A DNA stretch of 64,000 bases, taken from assembly GCA_963719515.1 (NCBI GenBank), contig CAVRCJ010000003.1:320001-384000 (forward strand), read 5' to 3'. A program made the position numbers and the translations under genes. How positions within the stretch are numbered: the stretch's first letter is position 1; each line of letters starts with the position of its first letter. Below, piece after piece: positions 11,001 through 18,937 of the stretch. This stretch comes from an uncultured cyanobacterium. Its GTDB lineage: Bacteria; Cyanobacteriota; Cyanobacteriia; CAKZMO01. The notes under the pieces were generated by a model, which saw nothing but the letters and a program-made list of their open reading frames with translations, was not told the DNA's origin and did not search any database.

Positions 11001-11331
11001 CTTCAGCCACTGCTTCAAATTGATGAACATTGGCCCTTTAATCGGAACCCGCACCTGGGGCGGGGTCATCGGCATCTGGCCCCGCCATCAGCTGGCGGAC
11101 CACAGCATTGTCACTCAGCCCGAGTACTCGTTCTGGTTTAAAGACGTAGGCTGGGGAGTAGAAAATTATGGCACCGATCCCACCATCCCCGTAGATATTG
11201 CGCCTCAAGACTGGGCCGCAGGGAAAGACCCACAGTTGGAAAAGGGGATTGAGGTAATTCTCCGGCAGCTAGAGGAGCATCCGGTGCAGCTGCCAGACTT
11301 CAGCGATCGCCCCCAGCTGCACCTACCGTAA
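8047..11331 (+). CDS. Tricorn protease (S41 family)
   Basis: Beta-propeller N-terminus, WKRYRGG, ELGTSH, PDZ region, DVRFNGGG, catalytic AGSDGD, RTWGG. Confidence 0.95.
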   Translation: MTNPSGYYRFPTIHGDRVVFVCEDDLWSVPASGGTAVRLTANLGEVSHPALSPDGQQLAFVGREEGHLEVYVMPAAGGSAKRLTFLGAAVQVSGWTADGRIVFASSTGQPFRRLMTLHSVSPEGGLPLPLPYGMAHTVSFGPNGGVLLGRNIGDPARWKRYRGGLAGVMWIDADGSGTFERLDLKGNIAAPMWIGNRLYFISDHDGIGNLYSCTPAGEDLQRLTNHRDYYLRNATTDGQHIVYHAGADLYCLEVASGTQRSIPVEFYSPRIQRQRKFVDTGYYLEDYGLHPKGQATLITSRGQSFSFGHWEGAVMPLKPHEAERYRLTQWLHDGSRFVTVSTGASEEATSGAEVLTVLDSDFEAASMSLDGLDVGRVVALKASPAANQVVLSNHRHELIWVDLDSRQFRVLDHSRYQRIHGFSWSADGEWVVYGCSETQYTSSIKLGRIADGELYQLTPPRFFDYDPSFDPQGKFIYFLSVREFNPVYDSVYFDLNFPRATRPFLISLQKDTPSPFVPVPKPLCEDDGDEEKSDDHKSDEGAAEQDAGRTPDGDRSEPHKSGTIAIDFDGIEQRVVGFPVSEGRYAQIWGLKEGVLFSSAPVQGSLGGDWGSEAPATDAKIEIYDFKTQSCELVAENVTDFKVGPDHSTLIYRSGDRLRVCAAKAQSEGEDPGDEEPGRKTGWLDLDRVRISVLPQQEWQQMLAEIWSLQRDHFWTEDLSGVDWEQVYQRYCPLLGRVSTRSEFSDLVWEMQGELGTSHAYEMGGDYREEPDYALGFLGADFAYSAETEVYHIAHIVQGDSWSKQAAPLQEIGVNLQDGDRLLAINGQRLTRQCSPHELLVHQAGCRVQLTVTDRDGHNRRTVTVKALEGDRPLRYREWVERNYQTVAEATEGRVGYVHIPNMGPEGYAEFHRYYFAEVHKQGLLVDVRFNGGGHVSQLILEKLARRRIGYDVPRWEQPEPYPSDSMAGPIVALTNEQAGSDGDIFSHCFKLMNIGPLIGTRTWGGVIGIWPRHQLADHSIVTQPEYSFWFKDVGWGVENYGTDPTIPVDIAPQDWAAGKDPQLEKGIEVILRQLEEHPVQLPDFSDRPQLHLP

Positions 11332-11337
11332 GCCTCT

Positions 11338-12273
11338 TCAGGAAACCGTCGGGCGCCCTCTGTAAAGTCTGGTGGCAATTCTGATCCCTTCAGAGGCCCC
11401 CATGTCAAACTGCTGAGCTTGGTCGGCACCGTCCTGAGGGTCAACAGCCTGGGTTTTGAGATTCACAGGCTGTCCCCGATATGTCCCCTTCGCTCCGGGG
11501 GCGCGATCGCCGCTAGCCGCCGGAGATGAAGGCCTGTCGGTTGATGCCGTTTTATTCGCAACGACCTGACCGCGATAGAGCAACTTTCCCCTCTTCGGAC
11601 TTTGTGGGGATTCTGAATCTGGGCGTATGGGATCTGGGTTGATAAAATCTGGCGCGACCGAAGCTTCTTCAAGCTGGAAACGGTCTCGTTCTGCAACAGT
11701 CTGCCCGCGTGGAAGAATTGTCTGGTCAAGATAGCAATCATTGTGCAGCTTGAGCTCGTCGACCAAGCTATCTGTCAATACCGCACGGGCAAACTCAGTT
11801 CTCGCAAACTTAGCCTCTGTTAGATCAGCTTCAGTTAGATCTGACCCCTGAAAGCGGGTCAAACTCAGCAGCGTTTGTCGCAAATCAGCTTGAACTAGGC
11901 GCGCATTGTTGGCAACGGCTTCTGATAAGTTTGCCCCGACTAAAATAGCGCCCGATAGGTTTGAGCCGGTCAAGTCTGCTCGAATGAAGCGTGCGCCATC
12001 GCAGCGCGCTTTGGTCAAGTTGGCATTTGTCAAGCTGGCATACTCCAGCTTAGCCATCTTGAGTACCGCACCCGAGAGATTGGCATTGTTTAAATTGGCT
12101 TTCTTCAAATTGGCCCTGGAAAAATCAACGCCGCTCAAGTTGGCATAGTTGAAATTGGCACCTTTTAGCTTAGCGCCCTTAAAGGTAGTTCCTCTAAGAT
12201 CTTGATGAGAAAAATCTTGACCGGAAAGGTCAAGCCCCGTGAAGTCTTGTTGTTGATTTTCAGGATTTGCCAT
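11338..12273 (-). CDS. Pentapeptide repeat protein with a low-complexity YRG-repeat tail
   Basis: Long A(N/D)Lxx repeat run; LLYRGQ, GTYRGQ and RLYRGR in the C-terminus. Confidence 0.9.
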   Translation of the reverse strand: MANPENQQQDFTGLDLSGQDFSHQDLRGTTFKGAKLKGANFNYANLSGVDFSRANLKKANLNNANLSGAVLKMAKLEYASLTNANLTKARCDGARFIRADLTGSNLSGAILVGANLSEAVANNARLVQADLRQTLLSLTRFQGSDLTEADLTEAKFARTEFARAVLTDSLVDELKLHNDCYLDQTILPRGQTVAERDRFQLEEASVAPDFINPDPIRPDSESPQSPKRGKLLYRGQVVANKTASTDRPSSPAASGDRAPGAKGTYRGQPVNLKTQAVDPQDGADQAQQFDMGASEGIRIATRLYRGRPTVS

Positions 12274-13053
12274 AGGGTGGGGTAACTCTATCTAGGTGAG
12301 GACTCTAGGTCAATTGCCGATTAATCCAATGCTAACCTGCATTGAAAAGTTTATTATTTTGGAAATATAATATTACACTCATTCCTTTGAAGATTGTGTA
12401 TATTTCCTAGAAGTGAAGAAACAAAACCGTTAGAGTCAAGCGATCTTGGCGGCTGCCGCAGTCCGCAAAGCTACCGCCGATAATGCCCATCGGTATCGGC
12501 CATCTACTTAAGTACGTCTGAGAGACGACAAAAGATCACTTAATTAATGACTACGCACTGCACAAAATGGGACTTGGGTCACAGGCTATATTGAACGAGC
12601 GGGTCATAATAGTGTTGTCCAAGGGGGGAACGAAACGTGCTGCTTGGACTGAGAGTGATCCCTTAGCTTTTGAGACTGCAGCCTCGGAAATCCGGGGCTG
12701 CGAAATTGATGAGCTGGCTCCTGCGCGATCGCCTTGAGGCAATTTTTAAAAGTCCTGCTTTCCGAAATTGCAGTTTCACCCGCTGTAGTACTTTGTAGCA
12801 AACCGCCCAACAGCAAATCGCTCGGCTCAGCTTACTCAACCTCCAACTGACACCGCGCTCAGGCGGTTCACATTCTACTCCAGCTGAGAGGTCTCCGGGA
12901 AAGAGGCTCTAGGCAAGACGTCTGGCCGTTCCCTCCGTCGCTAAGGCCCCTGTTCCAATCTGGCTAGCCTTGTCTACAGCATTATGATCTTTGCCCACAG
13001 CCCTGTGAGCCTCAATATAGGCCAACCTTTGACGTTGATGGACAGCCCCAAAC

Positions 13054-13452
13054 ATGAACGACTTTATTTCGGCGTATGTTCCTACTCGGACCGCCGCTTC
13101 CAACGCTAAATCCTTTGCTAAACAACCCCGCACCCTACTGCAAGAAGTTGTGGAAGGCTTGCCCGGTGGCTTCTTGATCTTGACGAGAGAGGGAGGCGTT
13201 ATCGGCAGCAACAGCCGTGCGCGCTCAATCTGCCGTCGGTTGAGCGACCCTTCAGCGCCGGTCAACGACGCTCCTCACCCCATTTGGCAGCTCTGTACGC
13301 CCCTGTTTGAGCAATCGCAGATGCTCTCTGGCCATACCATGTCGGTTGAAGGTACCGTAGGCCTCACAAAGTCCACCATCATTCGGGTCCGGGCCCGCTG
13401 GCTGCAGCCGGCTCGATCTGAGCGAATTTTGGTGCTTTTAGATGCCGCGTAG
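13054..13452 (+). CDS. Hypothetical PAS-like protein
   Basis: LLQEVVEGLPGGFLILTREGGVIGSNSRA resembles a PAS N-terminus; IRVRARWL. Confidence 0.6.
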   Translation: MNDFISAYVPTRTAASNAKSFAKQPRTLLQEVVEGLPGGFLILTREGGVIGSNSRARSICRRLSDPSAPVNDAPHPIWQLCTPLFEQSQMLSGHTMSVEGTVGLTKSTIIRVRARWLQPARSERILVLLDAA

Positions 13453-13497
13453 CAGGAGCTTATATAGACTCCTGGCGATCGCCGGTCTTGTGACGGG

Positions 13498-13821
13498 CTA
13501 AAGCCTAACTGCTGTTCCTGTGGCGGTAATCAATAGCAGCACGCCGGTCTCATCTAGCTTGATGGTGCCGGTATTGATTTCAATGCCGATCACCCCAGTT
13601 GCTCCAAGACGGGCCGCTCGCCGCTCAAGCTCCTCAATGACCTCCTGCTGGCCTTTCTCAAAGACGCGTTCGTACCCAGCCGTTCGACCACCGATAATGT
13701 CTCGAATTCCCGCAAAAAAGTCTCTAAGGGCGTTACTGCCGTAGACCACCTCAGCCGTTACAACCCCAAGATACTCGGCGACCGTAGTCCCCTGAATTAC
13801 GTCAGTTGTCGACAAAATCAT
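13498..13821 (-). CDS. YbjQ family (UPF0145, putative heavy-metal-binding) protein
   Basis: MILSTTDVIQG, RDFFAGIRDIIGGR, ATGTAV; start ATG 13821. Confidence 0.92.
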   Translation of the reverse strand: MILSTTDVIQGTTVAEYLGVVTAEVVYGSNALRDFFAGIRDIIGGRTAGYERVFEKGQQEVIEELERRAARLGATGVIGIEINTGTIKLDETGVLLLITATGTAVRL

Positions 13822-13985
13822 AGCCTTGCTCCCCTTACGACAATGCGGCTTCATTCTGTCATAACAGGGGGGCGATCGCTGTAAGACCTCAGGGAGATTT
13901 GTCCCCAATCGTTGGCGAAATAGGGGCAAACCGGCTATGATAATCCCCGATTGATGACGCATTGTAACGATGGGCACTTAGGCAC

Positions 13986-15065
13986 GTGATGCAACGAAGT
14001 CTTTTGGTGATCGGGCTAGCGGGATTGATGGCCTTGTCGAGCGGCACGCCGGTCGTTGCGCAAGCGACATCGACCTCAGAAGAGGCCAGCGAGCGCCTCA
14101 ACGGTCTTCTAGAACAGGCTAGGGAGCAGGTCGATGCCAACAACTATCCGCAGGCGATCGCCCTCTACGAAGAGGCCGCCAGGCTAGATTCGGAAAACCC
14201 CCGCATCTTTTCAGGCATTGGGTATCTAGAAGCCCAGGGAGGCAATTTTGAGGCCGCTGTGACGGCGTATCAGCGGGCCGTTGCCCTCGAGGCTGATAAC
14301 GCCGACTTCCAGTATTCTTTGGGCTATAGCCTCGCTAAACTGCAGGACTACGCCGGAGCTGCCCAGTCCTACCGCCGTGCCGCTCAGATCGACAGCAACA
14401 ATGCCGAAGCCTTGCTGGGGTTGGGGGTTGTGCTGACGCGGCTAGAGGATTACGGCGGAGCGCTCGAGGCCTATCAGCAGGTGGTGGCGCTGCAGCCCAA
14501 CAACGCCAGCGTTTACGAGTTCATGGGGGCCCTGTTTATCGAAGATAGCCGTTACGAAGAGGCCATCACCGTTTTACAGCAGGCCGCCGCCGCTGCCCCA
14601 GGCCGCAGCAGCGTTTATCACAACCTGGGCGTGGCTTGGGTCAACCTCAATAACATAGACGCAGGAATCGACGCCTTTCGGCGGGCCTCCTCTTTGGACC
14701 CTGACGACGCCCAAGTTCACCTGCAGATTGGAGACATTTTGAAGTCTCAAGATCGTATTGATGAAGCGTTTACGGCCTATCGACGGGCATCGCGCATCAA
14801 CCCAGATTCAGCTGAGGCCCATGCGCTGATCGGCGAAATTTATCTTGAGCGGGGCAATTTTCTGCTGGCAATGGTGGAGTACCAGTGGGTGATTGAGCTA
14901 GACCCCAGCTCAGCCGCTGCCCACTACCAGCTTGGAAGGGCATTTTTAGGTAATCAGCAGCCTCGGCGGGCTAGAGAAGCCCTTGAGCAGGCGCTAGCGC
15001 TATATGAGCAGCAGGGCGATGCCGACGGGGTTGCCCAGGTTGAGGCGACTCTGGCAGATCTATAG
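13986..15065 (+). CDS. Secreted tetratricopeptide-repeat protein
   Basis: Signal peptide followed by about 9 TPR repeats (LG...A...Y..A..L.P). Confidence 0.9.
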   Translation: MMQRSLLVIGLAGLMALSSGTPVVAQATSTSEEASERLNGLLEQAREQVDANNYPQAIALYEEAARLDSENPRIFSGIGYLEAQGGNFEAAVTAYQRAVALEADNADFQYSLGYSLAKLQDYAGAAQSYRRAAQIDSNNAEALLGLGVVLTRLEDYGGALEAYQQVVALQPNNASVYEFMGALFIEDSRYEEAITVLQQAAAAAPGRSSVYHNLGVAWVNLNNIDAGIDAFRRASSLDPDDAQVHLQIGDILKSQDRIDEAFTAYRRASRINPDSAEAHALIGEIYLERGNFLLAMVEYQWVIELDPSSAAAHYQLGRAFLGNQQPRRAREALEQALALYEQQGDADGVAQVEATLADL

Positions 15066-15145
15066 TGGCGGAGCTGCAGGGCCGTATTGATCGGCATTGA
15101 CCGGCACAGCTCGGTCGGCACAGCACTGCCCTGCCCCAACCCGCA

Positions 15146-17110
15146 TTACTCGCCCTGACGCAGCTGGTCCAGTACCGAGCGGTCTTCTAAGGTGGAGGTG
15201 TCTCCCGCCACCTCTTCACCCGCCGCTAGCGATCGCAGCAGTCGCCGCATTATTTTGCCGGAGCGGGTTTTGGGCAGGGCATCGCTAAAGCGGATGTCGC
15301 CGGGGCGGGCGATGGGGCCGATCTCCTGGGAGACGTGCTGCCGCAGCGCTTTTTTCAGCTCCTCGCTGGGCTGGGCGCTGCCTTCTAAGGTGATGAAGGC
15401 GAAGATGTCTTCGCCCTTGAGGTCGTCGGGGCGTCCGACAACAGCCGCCTCCGCCACCGCCGGATGGGAGACTAGGGCCGACTCAATTTCCATGGTGCCC
15501 AGCCGGTGACCCGAAACGTTGATCACGTCGTCCACCCGGCCCATCACCCAAAAGTAGCCATCCTCGTCCTTGCGGGCGCCGTCCCCTGCAAAGTAGAAAT
15601 GCTGGCCGTCTTTGGGGGGCACCGGCTCCCAGTAGGTGCGCCGGAAGCGATCGTCGTCGCCGTACACCGTGCGGATCATGCTGGGCCAGGGGTGCTTCAC
15701 CACTAAGTAACCCCCGTCCCCTTCTACCGGGTTGCCCTCCATATCCACCACGTCCGCCAGGATGCCGGGAAAGGGTCGGGTGGCAGAGCCGGGCTTCGTC
15801 GGGATAGCGCCGGGCAGCGGCGTGAGCATGATGCCGCCGGTCTCCGTCTGCCACCAGGTATCGACGATGGGGCAGCGTTCGCCGCCGATTATCCGGTGGT
15901 ACCACATCCAGGCTTCCGGGTTGATAGGTTCGCCTACGGTGCCCAGCAGCCGCAAGGAAGACAGGTCGCGGGCGTTAGGGTGCTCATCCCCCATCTTGAT
16001 AAAGGCCCGAATGGCGGTGGGGGCGGTGTAAAGAATAGTGACCCCGTACTTCTCAATGATGTCCCAGGTGCAGCCTGGCGCTGAGGGGCGGGGGGCGCCT
16101 TCATACATGACTACGGTGGCCCCGTTAGAGAGCGGCCCATAGACAATGTAGCTGTGACCCGTAATCCAGCCCACGTCCGCCGCGCACCAGTAAACATCCT
16201 CGTCCTTGAGGTCGAAAATCCACTTGCTGGTCACGTGGGTGTAAAGGTTGTAGCCGCCGGTGGTGTGCACCACGCCCTTAGGCTTGCCGGTGCTGCCGGA
16301 GGTGTAGAGGATGAACAGCATGTCTTCGCTGTCCATAGTCTCAGCGGGGCAGTCGGCGCTCACCTCGGCCTGCAGCTCGTGCCACCAGCGATCGCGCCCT
16401 TCCACCATTTCGACATTGCTTTGGGTGCGCTGCACCACCACCACATGCTCCACGGTAGGGGCCGCGTTGCCCTCCAGCGCCTTGTCCACCTGTACCTTCA
16501 AGGGCACGGCCTTGTCTTTGCGGAAGCCCCCGTCTGCGGTGACCACCGCCTTAGCTTTACCGTCGTTGAGCCGGTCCCGCAGGGCCTCCGCGCTAAAGCC
16601 GCCGAACACTACCGTATGGGGAGCGCCAATACGGGCGCAGGCCAGCATCGCGATCGCCGCCTCCGGAATCATGGGCATGTAGATGCCCACCACATCGCCT
16701 TTGCCGACGCCGAGCTGCTTGAGGGCATTGGCGAACTGGCACACCTCCCGGTGAAGCTGGGCGTAGGTAAAGGTGCGAGAGTCTCCCGGCTCCCCTTCCC
16801 AAATTAGCGCCGCTTTATTTTTACGCCAGGTCTTTAGATGGCGGTCCAGGCAGTTATCGCTGATGTTGAGCTTGCCCCCCACAAACCACTTCGCGTGAGG
16901 TGGCTGCCAGTCGAGCACCGTATCCCAAGGCTCAAACCAGTGCAGCTCTTCTTTGGCAAGCTTGGCCCAAAATGCAGCGGGGTCGGCTTTGGCCTCTTCG
17001 TACAGCCGCTCGTAGTCTGCCTGACTTTTGATGTGGGCCTGCTGGGAGAAGGCGTCGCTGGGGGGAAAGCGCCGCTTTTCTTGAAGAATGGATTCGATCG
17101 CTTGTGTCAT
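15146..17110 (-). CDS. acs: Acetyl-CoA synthetase
   Basis: [33 protein letters not shown]. Confidence 0.98.
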   Translation of the reverse strand: MTQAIESILQEKRRFPPSDAFSQQAHIKSQADYERLYEEAKADPAAFWAKLAKEELHWFEPWDTVLDWQPPHAKWFVGGKLNISDNCLDRHLKTWRKNKAALIWEGEPGDSRTFTYAQLHREVCQFANALKQLGVGKGDVVGIYMPMIPEAAIAMLACARIGAPHTVVFGGFSAEALRDRLNDGKAKAVVTADGGFRKDKAVPLKVQVDKALEGNAAPTVEHVVVVQRTQSNVEMVEGRDRWWHELQAEVSADCPAETMDSEDMLFILYTSGSTGKPKGVVHTTGGYNLYTHVTSKWIFDLKDEDVYWCAADVGWITGHSYIVYGPLSNGATVVMYEGAPRPSAPGCTWDIIEKYGVTILYTAPTAIRAFIKMGDEHPNARDLSSLRLLGTVGEPINPEAWMWYHRIIGGERCPIVDTWWQTETGGIMLTPLPGAIPTKPGSATRPFPGILADVVDMEGNPVEGDGGYLVVKHPWPSMIRTVYGDDDRFRRTYWEPVPPKDGQHFYFAGDGARKDEDGYFWVMGRVDDVINVSGHRLGTMEIESALVSHPAVAEAAVVGRPDDLKGEDIFAFITLEGSAQPSEELKKALRQHVSQEIGPIARPGDIRFSDALPKTRSGKIMRRLLRSLAAGEEVAGDTSTLEDRSVLDQLRQGE

Positions 17111-17319
17111 CGTGGGATAGCGCTGCAGTAGGTAGGAGATGTAGCCGAGACTACTGTTGAAAAGGGTACTGCGTTTTCCTCACCGATCTGCCGTTGGTTA
17201 GCTTTTCTTAGGGTTCGGGCCCAGCCCACTCCTAGGGGCTGCATAGCAACCTGCAAGATGCTGGGTCCATTTGACCACGCCGATCGCGCTATCAGGGCTG
17301 GGCACAATTGAGAACGGCG

Positions 17320-17847
17320 CTAAAAGGTCGTTTTGCAGCTAGCCCTCATGTCGTCTTCAAAGCGAACCAACGCCTCATTATCCTTCTGTACGATTCGGGC
17401 TTCTCTATCCTGGGTCGCGTAGGCCTGCTGCGGCAGCTGCCAAAAAGCCTGCGTTTGATCCCAGGAAGGGCCTGCAACACACACCTGGCTGAGAATATCG
17501 GTAACTGAAACAATGCCGAGTAGTCTGTTGCTCTCTATGACCGGCGCATGAGAAACCTCCGCATCCGCAAGAAATTGCGCAGCCTCTTGTACCGTGGCGC
17601 TTAAGGGAATTTGAGCACAGGCTGGCCACATCAAGCTTCCCACCCGGACGTGGCGAGGATCGCGCCCAGGGGCAACCACCTTGTGAACAATATCTTTCTC
17701 AACGAGGAGGCCGTAGCATCCATCTTCGTGACATTTTTCAACGATGAGCGATCGCACTTGATTGGCCTGCATCAATCTAATCGCGTTTTCAATCGTATCT
17801 GAGCTGTGAATTACCACAGGTCTGGACATAATATCTCTAACAGTCAT
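17320..17847 (-). CDS. CBS-pair protein resembling CBS-CP12, with a degenerate CP12-like tail
   Basis: VRDIMS...YGLLVEKDIV...LLGIVSVTDIL; GGAGG RBS. Confidence 0.8.
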   Translation of the reverse strand: MTVRDIMSRPVVIHSSDTIENAIRLMQANQVRSLIVEKCHEDGCYGLLVEKDIVHKVVAPGRDPRHVRVGSLMWPACAQIPLSATVQEAAQFLADAEVSHAPVIESNRLLGIVSVTDILSQVCVAGPSWDQTQAFWQLPQQAYATQDREARIVQKDNEALVRFEDDMRASCKTTF

Positions 17848-17907
17848 TACAATAGACCTCCTAAGTCTGCTCTGGTCTAAGACGGGTGCTTTCGTCGTCT
17901 AAGCTTT

Positions 17908-17941
17908 GTTATAGGTCAAAACTCTGAGGAAGTTATGAGGG
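17908..17941 (-). promoter_or_regulatory. OmpR-type direct-repeat box plus -10 element upstream of the CBS gene
   Basis: Minus strand CCCTCATAACTTCCTCAGAGTTTTGACC-TATAAC; near-identical box at 18433. Confidence 0.55.
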
Positions 17942-17948
17942 AGAGCCA

Positions 17949-18323
17949 CTACTGCCAAGTCAAATATCCTGCAATTTGACTGGCGAGCGTAATGGGATCA
18001 AATGGCTTTGTAATCACGCCTTTTGCCCCGAGACTGTAAAACTTTCGCCTGTCGGCGGCCTGGGCCCTTGCGGTCAGAAAAACAACGGGAATGCTTTGAG
18101 TTTCTGGTATCGAGCGAAGTAGCTCTAAAGTCTCAATTCCATTCCGATGTGGCATTGTCACGTCCAGCAAAATAGCGTCTATCGCCTCGGCCTTAGCGAT
18201 TTCAATGCCGCGGTCGCTGTCCAACGCTGTCAGCAGCTCCCAGTCGCACTGTAAACTCAAGCTCACTTGAATAATTTTGTGAATATCGGCTTCATCGTCG
18301 ATCAATAAGATGCGTTTGCTCAT
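17949..18323 (-). CDS. Single-domain CheY-like response regulator (RcaF-like)
   Basis: ILLIDDE, LLDVTMP, FLTA, ITKPFDP. Confidence 0.92.
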   Translation of the reverse strand: MSKRILLIDDEADIHKIIQVSLSLQCDWELLTALDSDRGIEIAKAEAIDAILLDVTMPHRNGIETLELLRSIPETQSIPVVFLTARAQAADRRKFYSLGAKGVITKPFDPITLASQIAGYLTWQ

Positions 18324-18432
18324 GGGTTTCTGTCCTCCGGTCCCCACCCAGAATACTGCCAGTTCACACCTTCGTCACCGCAACTCTACACAATACGGTT
18401 ATAAATCGTCCGGCTGGGTGCTCTAATTTTTT

Positions 18433-18466
18433 CCTTCATAGGTTCCTCAGATTTCCACCGTAGGCT
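18433..18466 (+). promoter_or_regulatory. OmpR-type direct-repeat box plus -10 element
   Basis: CCTTCATAGGTTCCTCAGATTTCCACCG-TAGGCT; same 11-nt half-site period and 11-nt spacing to -10 as the box at 17908-17941. Confidence 0.55.
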
Positions 18467-18497
18467 TGATGCTAAGCCCCCATAAAAGCCGAGTGTT

Positions 18498-18887
18498 ATG
18501 GAATTTCTCTACTGTTTCGCAACCGCTAGCTTGACCCAATGCGTGCTGGTCTATCTACAGCGGAAGCTGCGATCGCAGCTTCTATGTGCTACGGTGATTT
18601 TTCTAAACGACCGCTGGATCCTGCGGCTAACGCTGAAGCCCTCTATAGAGGCCGAACAGCGCAGCAACTGTCTTGCTGTCCTCAAAGAATACGGCATTCC
18701 CTGTCAACCCCTTCCCCTTTTCGGCCCGGTTTTTGACGATCTTGACGCGGGCGATCGCGCAACCACCGTGATGAATCGCCGCCGAATCGCCATTGTGTCC
18801 CACGGGGTCCCTGACCCGGTAGAGGTTCAATATTTTCAAAAGCACTTCATTTCGGGGCTGGGATACTGTCCGCAAAGCCTGGTTTAG
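18498..18887 (+). CDS. Hypothetical protein (paralog of 26021-26407)
   Basis: Shares ASLT, GIP, AIVSHG.P and GLGYCP motifs with 26021-26407. Confidence 0.8.
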   Translation: MEFLYCFATASLTQCVLVYLQRKLRSQLLCATVIFLNDRWILRLTLKPSIEAEQRSNCLAVLKEYGIPCQPLPLFGPVFDDLDAGDRATTVMNRRRIAIVSHGVPDPVEVQYFQKHFISGLGYCPQSLV

Positions 18888-18937
18888 GGCTGGGATATCA
18901 CCCGCAAAGTCTGGTCTGAGCCAAGAGGCTCTAGGCT

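Noticed and set aside
8047..11331. Tricorn protease (or PmbA at 55687) as the graspetide leader peptidase
   Set aside because: About 10 kb and over 30 kb away, in unrelated contexts, with no evidence of linkage.
15192..16807. Several + strand ORFs over acs (similar cases over mraY, ycf45, 57721-58254 and 59636-60352)
   Set aside because: Antisense or alternate-frame shadows of clear genes in GC-rich DNA.
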